The notes under the pieces are model-generated. The model worked only from the letters and a program-made list of their open reading frames with translations, was not told the origin of the DNA and ran no database searches. A program made the position numbers and the translations under genes. Shown in pieces: positions 37,901-49,004 of a DNA stretch of 64,000 bases (positions within the stretch are counted from its first letter, which is position 1; each line of letters begins with the position of its first letter). The stretch comes from Vicugna vicugna (lineage: Eukaryota): the NCBI GenBank assembly GCA_013265495.1, contig MU058687.1:1550001-1614000 (forward strand). The letters run 5' to 3'.

Positions 37901-39873
37901 GAAGACTAGAATCATGAGTGGGTATAATTTTTAAAGAATACCTTTAATGTTGTTATGCTGTATATTTTTTACTTAAAACATAAGCAAATGATCAAATAGA
38001 GAGCTGAGTGAATTCTGGAGGAACTCGAGAATGAGAACAGAGAAAATATCATTGAGTTAGAATCTGAGGGTCCGGCTTTGATGGGGAGCTTATAATTTAT
38101 CCTTCAAATAGGAACACTTTTGAGAGTGAAAGAGGCACTAGTAAAAATTACACTAGGACAATAGCTATGAACTGGGACTGTCCCAGTAAGCATCTGGTCA
38201 GCCTAGATTTAGGGGAACCCAGGAGGGTGACTTAAGTTCTCATGGAAATTCGAGTAGTGATAAAGCCTGGAGCCCAGCAGAGGGAACTAGCTTTCTAGTG
38301 CCAAAATGCAATTGCCTGTACCAGATGACCCCGTAACCATTTTCCAGGTACTCAACTGGCACAAGAATATGCCTTATTGCTAAGGAGGTGGGGTAGTCCA
38401 GAAAATGATAAAAGCAAAGGCCATATTCCCAGTACTAGAGCTAATGTTAGCCGAAATTATTCATTCTGCTGTACACGTATATGTGAAGTGCCTCCGACAT
38501 GCCAGCTACGGTTTTTTCTAGGCACTGAGAATTCAGCAAGGATGAGACAGACCGAGTTCCTGACTTCATGGAGCTTACATTCAATTGGAAGTCAGACTGG
38601 AAAATAAACTGACAAGTACATGAGCACACTAATCACATGAAGTGAAGAGGGCTTTGGAGAAAACTAAATAGTGCAATGTGGAAAGTGACTAAGGGACCAG
38701 AATGGGGACAGTGACCAAGGAAGGTCTTTCTGAGACCCTGACGTTTGAAATCAAATATGAGTCAAACAGAAGGAGCCTGGGAAGATCTGGGGAAAGGGTG
38801 CTTTCAGCAGAGCCTTCAGGCTGGGGTCAGGCAAGGGTCAGAAAGATACCCTGTGGGACCAGGGACTGTGAGAGAATGAGAAGGAGCTCAGATACAAAGG
38901 CCAAGTGCCGGAGGGAGCAGGAACCAGACACGCAGGAGTCATTCAAATCCTGCCAGGACGGTGGGGGAGGGGAATATGGAGGAACCTAAATTCTGATTTA
39001 CCAAATGGGAAGAAATAGCAGTTGCTGAGCTGTTTGAGAGCTAATGGGAGAGCAAATGTAAAAACAAAGCAATAGTACATTTTTCCTTTTGTTTTGTTTG
39101 GGGGAGAATGTTATATTTAATTATTTACTACAGAGAGGCTGGCATTTTCCTTGGAATAAATTGGATGAAGATGTCAGATGCATTATCATATGTGCAAACA
39201 TATGCCCTTCTTTCCAGTTGTTTATAAAAACTTTAAGAACACTAACTGTTTTTTCACTACAGCTGGTCAAGTCTCCTTTGCTTGGTATGGATGGGGCAGG
39301 TCAAGTTTAAGCCAGGAAAATTGCCGGCAGGGTTCTCAAAGTGGTGTAATTCTGCTGACCCCACCCCACAGCTTCAGTTTGGGGAACAAAAATGTTACTA
39401 AGCAGGGGTTTGACCTGGGCCTTTTCTAAAAAGTGCATCTCTTACACTCATTTGCAACTATCTTAGAGTTAAAAACAAGCTTTAAAAGTATTTAAATGCT
39501 TGGTTAAACGCTCCCCGGGAAATTTCATGGACATCACACACTTAGGCAGGCCTCAGACTTCGGGACATTATTACAGACTCCCAAGTTGGCAGTCTAGCAA
39601 CATGATTTTTGAGCACCTACTACATGCCAGACATAGTTCCAGTCACTGAGGACAAAACAGTGCAGATGAGGATAGTGCCTCCCCTCACTGAGCTCAATAA
39701 TCTAAGGGGCAACTAATCTGATAAAATTATCATTAATGAGATTCCAATATGTGCCCTAACCCTTATCTCTCCATCATAAGAATGAACTGTTCTGGCCTAC
39801 TTGGAATTGTTTTCACCAATTATAAAAGTAATGTAATACTAAGACTCTTTGCCTTAAACAGCCACTTACTTTT

Positions 39874-40011
39874 TAAAAATTTTACTTATTTTATTTTTTG
39901 GCGGGGGCGGAGTAGGTTTATTTATTTATTTTTAGAGGAGGTACTGGGGATCAAACCTAGGACCTCCTGCATGCTAAGCATGTGCTCTACCCCTTGACCT
40001 ATACCCTCCCC
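39874..40011 (-). mobile_element. tRNA-derived SINE (tandem pair A, left copy)
   Basis: Family head and body in reverse orientation. Confidence 0.85.
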
Positions 40012-40027
40012 TCTCCATTTACTTTTA

Positions 40028-40151
40028 TTTATTTATTTATTTTTTAGAGGGGGAGTTAATTAGGTTTATTTTTTAATGGAGGTACTGGGGATTGAACCCA
40101 GGACCTTGTGCATGCTAGGCCTGCGCTCTACCACTGAGCTGTACCCTCCCC
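40028..40151 (-). mobile_element. tRNA-derived SINE (tandem pair A, right copy)
   Basis: TSD ctccatttactttta at 40013-40027 and 40153-40167. Confidence 0.85.
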
Positions 40152-40374
40152 ACTCCATTTACTTTTAGAAAAATGTTTTGACTTAGAAGTGTTTGCCCAC
40201 TTCTTTAACATTCTTTATATTATTTGCACTATATGTTAGAAAATAAAATATATTTAAAATATTAAAATATAAAAACATATAAAATATGATATAATAAATT
40301 TTACAAAATCAAACATTATATGTATTTATATTATTATATTATTTTTAAGAGGAATCCACTATGAACATGATTCT

Positions 40375-40562
40375 CAGGGTGGTTGCTCATTCAGCTCACC
40401 TGGGAACTATATATACATTTTTAATCTTTTTGCCTGAGACCCAGTCTGAAACAATTAAATTGGAACTTCTCAGGGGTGAAATCCAGGAATTAAGTGTTTG
40501 TTGTTGTTGTTGTTGTTTTTAAGTTATTCAGGTAACTGCAGTGTGCAGCCCACAGTTGAGTG
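40375..40562. mobile_element. MER5-type hAT MITE
   Basis: cattcagctcacctggga...caggtaactgcagtgtgcagcccacagttgag. Confidence 0.5.
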
Positions 40563-41899
40563 ACATGCGAAGCCAGTCAGGTGGTAGAATGTGTGGAGTG
40601 AATCTGGGGCAGTTTAGTGGGTATATACCCACTCTGTTCCAGAGGCCTGGCAGCTTAAAAAAATAATAATTCAAACTTTGACATTGATGGTAGTTATTAG
40701 TTGTTTGTTTTTCAAAATTGGGCTTGCTAGTGATAACCTTCCTAACCCGAGACAGCAGTCAGGATTGTGTTCTGCTAACAAGTAATAGAAAAACTTTCAA
40801 ACAGAGGCATCGATAAGTCATGGTTTATGTTTTATAGTTTTCTCATATAATAAGCTCAGAAGTGGATAGACCAGGGATAGTGCAAGGATGTCATCAAAGA
40901 ACCAAGTTCCTTCTCTCTCAGTATGTGGTTTTCATCCTCAGGGCTGCAAGATGGCTTCTGAACCTCCAGGCATCAGTCTGTGTCCAGGGAGAGTGGCCTT
41001 TGGTGAGGCTTTGCCTTTTCACCTGGGAAGCGAAGCTCCTTTCCCACTCCCCCATCCCGTTACTTCTGCTTATATCTCATTGGTCAAATCTGCCATATAG
41101 TCACCCCTACCTGCAGGGAAAGCTGAGTAACTGACGATTTTTCTCCCCAGCCTCTCTAGAGGAAAGCAGGGGGAAGGAGTTTGGGGTAGATGTTGTGAGC
41201 CAACCTATAGTGTTTCTCACATATGAGGTCAATGACATCATAATCCTGAAAGCCAACGAACAGGCAACAGGGCCCCAGACAGGGCCCTGTGGGGCATGCC
41301 TGATGTGGCTGATCATCAGAGGATGACAAGGTGCCAATGGTCCTGGAGCTTCAGCTTTAGGGCATGAAAGTGAAGATTTCTCCAGAATTATTCAGCTCGG
41401 AGACCTGTAGTTTAGTGATTCCTCTTCTCTCCTCATCAGGGAAGGAGCAGAAGTTGTGGCTAATTTCCCCAGGATTGGTGTGAGATTGTACTATGGCATG
41501 GAAAGTGCCCTACCACTCAGTTCAGACTCCTCCAGGAATGGCGGGCTCCACCGTGTGTCTGCACTTGGGGGAGAGGGTTGGTAACTGCTGGAGACTGAAC
41601 AAATAGCTGGGTGTTGGGGACAGGAGCTTCACACACTACTCTCATATCGAAGTGTGGGTGGGAGCTAAAATGTCACCTTACCAATAAATGACTACATGTT
41701 CTGTTGAGAAGGAAATACACAGGGACTATTTTCACCGTTCTGGAAACTGTGATTAGAAATTTCAAGGAGAAGGTCAAGGCAATAAACCAGAGCTGGCAGG
41801 AAGGAGGACCAAGCCCTGCTCAGAAAGGCCTGGAGAGTCCCTGCTGGAGCCCTGGGTCAGAGCCTGTCCTTGGTCCCCACTGGCTTCCCTGTGGGTAAG

Positions 41900-42125
41900 G
41901 GACCTGCCTGGGGATTCCCCACCATTCAAGAGCTCTGAGAGTGACCCCCTCCTTGGCCCCTCCAGTAGGGAATTTCCCAGAATGTTCCCACACCCCCGAG
42001 AAGCCTCCTCCTTAGCCACCCCCAAGCTGTTTGTGGTTCGTGGTAGGGGTGGCATCAAGTAACATCGTAGGTGAGGGTGAACTGTGAATATTAGCATCTC
42101 AATTTGCATAAGGTGGGAAAAGAGG
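41900..42125. promoter_or_regulatory. Candidate intron-2 enhancer (NF-kB/STAT/RBPJ/RUNX/octamer cluster)
   Basis: GGGGATTCCCC 41910-41920, GGGAATTTCC 41968-41977, TTCCCAGAA 41974-41982, TTCCCACA 41985-41992, TGTGGTT 42032-42038, ATTTGCAT 42102-42109, GTGGGAA 42113-42119. Confidence 0.6.
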
Positions 42126-42496
42126 GAAGATAAAATTGGAAAGTCAATCTGGCTGAGGCCTCATAGGAGATAATTACCAAATATTATAAGATGTAAATAG
42201 ACTTCAAATGCTAGGGAGGATGGCGGGCACAGACTCCGAAGTCAGACCTCTTCAGTTCAAGCATTGGTGCTGCAACTGACAAGCTGTGTGACCTTGAACA
42301 AGTTACTTAACTCCTCTGTACCTTAGGTTTTCCTCTTCTGTAAAATGTGGCTAACAATATCATCTACCACATAGGGTTGTTGCAACGATTGAATACAATG
42401 ATAACTGTAAAGTACTTGAAAGAGTGATTGGTAGCACGTGATAAATGTTAGTTATTATTAAGTCAGGCAGGATTATTCTTTTAAAAATTTGGTTTA

Positions 42497-42637
42497 GGGG
42501 GAGGATATAGCTCAAGTGGTAGAGCGCATGCTTAGCATGCACGAGGTCCCTGGTTCAATCCCCAGTACCTCCTCTAAAAATAAATGAATAAATCTAAATA
42601 CCTCCCCCTGCCACCCTGCAAAAACCAAAAACAAAAC
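42497..42637 (+). mobile_element. tRNA-derived SINE
   Basis: Well-preserved head tagctcaagtggtagagcgcatgcttagcatgcacgaggtccctggttcaatcccc; A-rich tail; imperfect aaaatttg TSD. Confidence 0.85.
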
Positions 42638-42703
42638 AAAATTTGTTTGATTAGTTTCTACTAATCTTTCTCATGCAAAGTGAGTCTATATACCTCTGCT
42701 CCC

Positions 42704-42704
<1 letters not shown>

Positions 42705-42741
<37 letters not shown>
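42705..42741. repeat. (AC)n microsatellite in BATF intron 2
   Basis: About 18 perfect units. Confidence 0.95.
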
Positions 42742-42743
<2 letters not shown>

Positions 42744-42835
42744 TTCTAACAAAGGCTCTAGTTTGCTAATACACACAGGTAATCCATTTAAAATCTGAAA
42801 TATTTGAAAGCTGGAGAGGGCTTGGAGAGCTAATC

Positions 42836-43002
42836 CTGTGGTTTTCAACATTCACTGCACTTTAGAATCCCCGGGGGAGCCCTCAACAACCCAATGCCCA
42901 GGTGCAACCCAGACTGATTACTGCAGAATCAAGCATCGGTACTGTCAAAGCTTTCCAGGGATTCCACTGATCCCAATGGGTGGCCAAGGTTGAGAATCAT
43001 TG
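42836..43002. mobile_element. MER5A-type hAT MITE
   Basis: gtggttttcaac...ttagaatccccgggggagc...aatgcccagg...gccaaggttgagaatcattg. Confidence 0.65.
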
Positions 43003-43999
43003 TGTTGGTCCAGTCTTTTTGTTTTAAAGTGAGACAGCTGAGGCTCAGAGAGGGAAAGCAGGTCACTGAGGGTCACCTAGCCAGGACAAGGACCAGGACT
43101 CCAGTCACAGTTAACTGATTGGAGCTCACCACTGTCGTGTATTCCAGACCTCGCTGTGCATCTGGGGAAGGTCTGGCCCCAAGTTAGCCTTCTAACAGGG
43201 TGGCTGAACAAGAGATTCCTTTCCAGCTCAGGGCAGGAGGCTGATGATCAGCTCCGTGGACTGGAGTGTGTCCAAATCAGGGTTCTTGTATTTAAGGATC
43301 ACCCAAACCAAGACCCAGTTTTCTCTTGGGAGGCTCTAGGGCACCCAAGGATGTCTTAGAGATCTCTGGAGATCTTTGGTCACTTGAGTCGCCAGTCTCT
43401 CAGGAGTAGCAGTGGGTGCACTAGAAGGGACGCAGGGTGGGGAAGTCCCGAGCCCAGCCCTGCTGTGCACCTACGTGGTTATGGGGCTTTGGCTCAATCA
43501 CTCACTCAAAGTTTCTAGACCTCTGAGAAAATAAGTGCCTTGAGGTGAAGCCTACAGCTCTTTCTGCCAGCAGCTGCTGACAACAGCCTGTAGTCATTTT
43601 AGGGGGTATGCAGAATAGGTTTGTCCCAGGGTCTCACTCTGTAAAGTGGGGATAATGATAACAGCTGGCCTTCTAGGTCCACCTCAGAGGGTTATGGTGA
43701 GGAGCCTGAAGGACCTAAATGAATTCTGGAAAGTAGAAAGCAGGCTGCGTGTAAGCCCAAAGACAGGCTCACCCCTCCCCCACCTCAACAGAAGGCATGA
43801 TGTTAGAGCCAAAATTAACTTTCCAAACATTCCTTTCCTTTCCCCATCACTGAGTTCTAGGTGTCCAGCTCCTGTCGGGAATTTAGGGGGAAGTGAGGGG
43901 GTGTGGTCATGGTACCTCTGGGTAAAGAGCTGCTCCCATGGCCGCCTTCGTCAGTTTTCCCCGTGAGAGCACTTTCCAGGGTATGACTCCAGGGAGGGT

Positions 44000-44560
44000 C
44001 AGAATGCACCGGGCAATGGCAGGTGGGGATGTGGAGGGATGACAGCCCCAGATCGGCCACTTCCTTTTGCAAGGGAAGTCAGACTCTTCCTCTGTAAGTG
44101 TCTGGCTGGCTGCAGGGCCCCCGGGTTTCTCTGGGGCCTAGCAGGAAGCAGTCTTGCTTCCCAAGGTAAAGACAAGTTTCTTGTCACAGGCGGTTGTTTT
44201 CTGGTTAGAGGCAGAAGCGGTTGTGAACGTTTTCCTGGAGCTCTGGGATCTGCGAGCAATTGGGGCGGGGAGAGGGAGAGGAGAACGCCTAAGCGAGCTC
44301 AGCTGGGCTCCCTTCGGGAGGAAGAGCCTGCTGTCACTTCCCGAAAGCTGGGCCGGCCTCTAGGCGGAGTGAAGGTCAGAGCGGTTGGTCCCTGCGGCCC
44401 GCCCACCCCGCCCCTCCCTTCTGCCTCGGGGTTTGCCCAGGCTCTTCGGAGCACAGAACTTACAGTAAATGTTGTCACCAGTGGAAACTCTCAGAGGGGG
44501 CGAGGAAAAGGGCTAAAGGAAGGGGCCAGGACTCCCGGCCCCCAGTTCCCGTCTTACCAA
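44000..44560. promoter_or_regulatory. CpG-enriched intronic element with ETS/PU.1 sites and GC boxes
   Basis: CACTTCCTTTT at 44058, AGGGAAGT at 44072, GGGGCGGGG 44262-44270, TTCCCGAAA 44338-44346; local excess of CpG. Confidence 0.45.
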
Positions 44561-45185
44561 CACCCCCCACCCCAGTCTCATGTGTTGCTTTATCTTACCT
44601 TTCGGTAAAGAGGGGATGCCCTCCCTCTAGGATGTGCCCGGAAACAACTAAATGGTCCGATGAACGAGCCAGCCACACCTTGCAGAAGCAGCAACCAGTG
44701 CCCCTGACTCTACCATCATGGCTCTTGGTATCCCACCCTGCTACCCCATTTTAGAGAGAGAGAGTTCCTTTGTACTGACCTAGGCACATTTTCTAGGTCA
44801 GTGCCGCATGCAGGAAATGCCAGGCTGAGGCTGAGCATGCTTACATCTGTCCTTCACACAGATGGAAGCTGGTTTGATGGGTAAGGCCACAATCATATGC
44901 TCCTCTACCACTTAAAAAGAACTCCTAGGTGCATGGCTTAGGACAATTGGCAGTATAACTAGCTCTCTCATTAATCTGCAGCTCATGCTCCTGATTATTT
45001 AGGGCAGATTTTAAATGTCAGGTTATCTCACATTGGCTCACTGCCTGCTGTAATTTTGAGTTAACTTCTGGTCCAACAACTAATGTCATTAGGCAGTCAA
45101 TCAACAAACACTTGAGTTCAGACTATTGCAGGCACTTAATAAGTGCTTGAATAATTAAAACACATTTAGTATCATTTTAACTCGT

Positions 45186-45372
45186 ATTTTCAAACTTACC
45201 TGATCGTTAGAATAGCCCAGGACACCTGTTAGAAATTCAGATTCCCAGAATTCACCCCAAATCCCAAACCTACTGAGTTCAACTCTCTATAGATTTCAGG
45301 AAGGACCTGAAATTATAGTCTTAACAAGACTTTAAATTAATTCTAATGACATGGCAAGTGTGGAAAATACTG
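45186..45372. mobile_element. MER5B-like hAT MITE
   Basis: tattttcaaactt...ttagaaattcagattcccaga...cctactgagttcaactctct...ggaaaatactg. Confidence 0.5.
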
Positions 45373-46388
45373 ACTTGTCAAAAAGAACTAGAAAAATACG
45401 ACCTAGACTCCAAATATTAGGTCACTTTTTGAGTTGAAATGTAATTTATTTACATCTCCAGTGTCATTTTCCCTTCCTTTGTGAGCACCAATGATTTAGC
45501 AGAGAAAGTCTGTTTGAATCAAGAAATGAGCCTGAAAATCACATCAGAAATGCAGTTCCCCTGGGTTTATGAAGGTGGTATTGTTTTCCAGTAAATGCTA
45601 ATTACCAGTGGGTGATTGTTGATTAATTAATGATGTGATCAGTAGTCAGCGCTCTTTATCCCGAGTTTTCCTGATTAGCATGGATCTGATGGTTTCCTTA
45701 AGCAACAGGAGAAAGGTGTTTCTGGAAAAAAGGAAGCACAGGTGTTTGAGACACACCCAGAGCTCTCAGAACAAGCAGCTGGGAGAGCAGAACGGCGTGG
45801 AATCCAACACTGCTGGATTTTGATCATTTAATATTTAGAAAGACCCTAAACGTTCTAGAATCTGGGTGAAGTAGACAATTAACCATGGACTTTGCAGATG
45901 CAAACTAAATGCAAATGCTGGGAACCCTTGGAGAACACAAGGTACAAAGGAGAAGGGAAAGAGTGAAATTAGTATAAGATGTTCTCACAAATTCTTTCCC
46001 ATTTTTCCAGGCTCTGGCCTGCCAGCCGGTTTCCCTTAACATACACTCGACCCTCTCAACCCTCACACAGTCACAGAGACCCGTGCAGGTGCACCTGCAC
46101 ACAGAAGAGCACGCTCACAAGCAAATTCACACATGCCTTCACACATACATCACTACCAGCTGGGGCCATATGAAAGCGCCATTCTTACAGGTCAAAATAG
46201 ACAAATATCAGCAATTTCATGAGTTTCAAGATAATAGCGATGCATATACACGCACAAATGTTCACGCGCTTATACGGATGCACCATCCAGACATCTGACA
46301 CATACTAATATATATGCACATGTGCACACACGCGCATGTGCAGAAAAATTCAATGCCCTCCTCCATGGCTGCCCCAGTGAACACACAG

Positions 46389-46598
46389 GAAAGTGAAGAC
46401 CTGGAGAAACAGAACGCGGCGCTGCGGAAAGAGATCAAGCAGCTCACGGAGGAGATGAAGTACTTCACGTCGGTGCTGAGCAGCCACGAGCCCCTGTGCT
46501 CCGTCCTGGCCACCGGCGCCCCCTCGCCCCCCGAGGTGGTGTACAGCGCCCACGCCTTCCACCAGCCTCACGTCAGCTCCCCGCGCTTCCAGCCCTGA
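46389..46598 (+). CDS. BATF: BATF coding exon 3, leucine zipper and C-terminus (ESEDLEKQNAALRKEIKQLTEEMKYFTSVLSSHEPLC...PRFQP*)
   Basis: acacacag|GAA acceptor; heptad L/I repeat; 69 aa plus TGA; the three exons total 125 aa, the known BATF length. Confidence 0.97.
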   Translation, partial: ESEDLEKQNAALRKEIKQLTEEMKYFTSVLSSHEPLCSVLATGAPSPPEVVYSAHAFHQPHVSSPRFQP

Positions 46599-46945
46599 GC
46601 TCCCAGAGGTGGGGGAGAGCAGAGCCCCCAACCCCAGCTGCTCCCGGGCATCCGGAGGGGCACACAGACTGTGGCCAGGCGGCCCTCGTCCCTCAGAGCC
46701 TCCCTCCACCTGGAGACCCGGGGGCAGAGGCCTGGACCAGGATTGAGCACAGGACACAGCAGCTGGAAGTGTGTGACGCCTCCCGGCAGTGTGGCCGCCC
46801 GCCCGAGGGCGCGGGCTGGACCTCCATGTGGGTGGGAGGCCCGATCCAGAGTCGCATCGAGGAAAACGACCACGTCCCTTGGCACAGAGGGAGGAGGGCA
46901 CAGAAGGGTTATTTTTCTAAGTAAATGTCTAAAGAAAAAATCAAT
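46599..46945 (+). other. BATF: BATF 3' UTR (approximate end)
   Basis: Follows the TGA; ends shortly after a candidate poly(A) hexamer and before a GU/U-rich downstream element. Confidence 0.6.
46920..46925 (+). terminator. Candidate poly(A) signal AGTAAA (variant hexamer)
   Basis: U-rich ttatttttcta just upstream; GU-rich tract at about 46975-47010 (gtgtcttcttttccgtggtgtgtt); no AATAAA seen in the 3' UTR. Confidence 0.6.
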
Positions 46946-49004
46946 TTGGCAAGGCAGTTTCCCTCTTTCACACTGCTGGTGTCTTCTTTTCCGTGGTGTG
47001 TTAATGTGCTTGAGAAGCTGGATTTTCTCAAAGAAGCTTCAATCCTTCTTCTAGGTGTCTCCTTGATTCTCCTCCCCAAGTCACCTCACTGTGACCTTCC
47101 ACTTTCCATTCCTCCTTGCCTCATACTTTCTAGATTGTCAGCTCTAGACATTTCTAGGATTATTCCCTAGACGGGAGAAGGACCAGTGCGCGGTGCTGGT
47201 GAGTGGAACTGTTTTTCAGGTTGATGGGCTCCCTCGCACAACTACACTTACTCAGCTCTGTCCAGACAGCCGGTGCTGGGCGCTGTTGCTGCGGGCCAAG
47301 CCCCCCGCGAGGCATTCTAGAAACACAAGGAGCACCTCACATGTCAGGCGGTGCCTTCCTCATGCTCTCCTGGAGCAACGTGTGGTTCAGGGACACAGGC
47401 AGTCAGGGTCCTGCTGAAGACGCCGCCTCCCTTGGGAAGCTGTGATAAGGCACACACAGCTTTGCCTGCTCCCTGAGGCTCCGCAGGCTGCCACTGTGAG
47501 CACAGTTTGAGGGCAGCAGTGGCTCAGGGTCATCACCAAGGCTTCAAATCCGCCAGTTTCGGCAGAGCCGGAAACCAGTGTGCTCTGGTTTCCCTGCTCC
47601 CATGTCCTCCTGCTCCTCAGACACTCCCAGGCCGAGTGCCCTCTGGCCTCACCCACAGCACTGTCCAAGAGCCACGGCCCCTGCTGAGCCAGTTGGGGCC
47701 TAAAGCGACAGGGATCACCACAGAAGGTGTCGGATGCAGCCCCTCAGCAGCCTCCCTCCGTCTCATCCCTTGGTCCCTCAGAGGGACTGCCACTGCCTGC
47801 TGTACCCACCGCCCCAGCCGCATCCCAGCAGCCATCTTGAGACACAGTGGGCACAGGAAGGAGAGGAACAGGCCTGTGTCACTGTGTCGGCACCTCCTCA
47901 GCCTGCAGGCCGACAGCTCTGGTGGACTTGAGGCAAGGTTTCAGCTCTGGGTCTCCCCCACCCAGGTCTCTCCTGCCTCGCTGGGATTACGTCAGCATGG
48001 TGCTTAGTGGCATTACTGAACTCTGCCGAGGCCTGGAAAAGCTGCGTCCTGGCATGTGGCCGCCTGACCTCCTTGCAGCCTATCTGTGGGAGGAGCCCAA
48101 GCCAAGGGTCCCTGAAGGCAGACTGCCACCTTTGGGCCCCTCACCCCTGAAGCCAATACCCCCAGTGCCCTGAGTGTGGAAAATTGACTTACAGCCTGCT
48201 GAGACAGCCCAGGCCTTCAAATATCAGCACTGCTTCCAGTGCAGAACCATGCATTTCAACTTTTGGTCTCCCAGCAGAACTTGGTAAATGCGGTCTTCTT
48301 CCAGTGCACAGACTCAGTGTAGATGGGGGGGGGTTGTTGAGGAGCTACAGCCAGGAAGTTCCCTCTCATCAATTTCCCTCAGGCCCTGGTTTCTAATAGC
48401 CAGTGCTCTGGGTAGCCCCTTTCCACCCCTGTGTTCACAAGCGAAGCAAAGAAGCCAATGGTCCCTTCAGATGTTGTCTGCCTTGAACAGAATTCATTTT
48501 TTTCCTCAGTCTTAGGAAGCAGAACTTGAGGACCAGCTTTCATTACAGCTAGCCCTGCCTGGACCTGGCCACTCATGGGGCAGGCTTCCTTCCAATCAGA
48601 GATGTTTCTCCCCACCCCTACTTGAGTGCTGTGACTTTCCCCCAGAAACCCCCGCAGAAGGCACATGACCAGTGCTGGGCATCCTCTGAATGACATTCAG
48701 AGCCAGAACCAGAAATGCAGAGCTCACGTGTGCTGCTCTGTGTCTCAGCAAGAATATCTCTTCCCCTTTCATTCTCTACTTTCTAATGACCCCGGGCAGT
48801 TACACTTCTCCTTTCTGGTCAGTCTGACCGAGGCTGCAGAAGGCTAGGATGAGAGTCAAAGCTGAGTTCATCACCACACAGGGAAATTGGAGGGGCAGCT
48901 ACAAATAGATTTGAACGTCCAAGGCTTGGACCACAGATGTCCCACCCATCAGGTTCTGTCCCAGTCTCCTGCCCATGACAGGGATAGTGATCTCAGACGG
49001 AGGG

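Noticed and set aside
42497..42572. Apparent tRNA-Ala(AGC) genes here and at about nine other sites
   Set aside because: SINE heads with A-rich tails and TSDs and degenerate acceptor stems; not bona fide tRNA genes
44039..44608. 189-aa ATG-initiated sense ORF in intron 2
   Set aside because: Lies in a GC-rich regulatory-like patch; no domain similarity or exon structure I can support
46314..46388. In-frame ATGs upstream of exon 3 suggesting a stand-alone 94-aa protein
   Set aside because: Intronic CA-rich low-complexity sequence; exon 3 is fully explained by splicing at 46389; no promoter evidence directly upstream
46350..46901. 183-aa antisense ORF (and 142-aa and 127-aa overlapping sense ORFs) across exon 3
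   Set aside because: Shadow ORFs of GC-rich coding and UTR sequence; low-complexity G/R/P composition; no recognisable domain
47507..48007. 166-aa ORF downstream of BATF
   Set aside because: TTG start, GC-rich chance ORF, no recognisable homology
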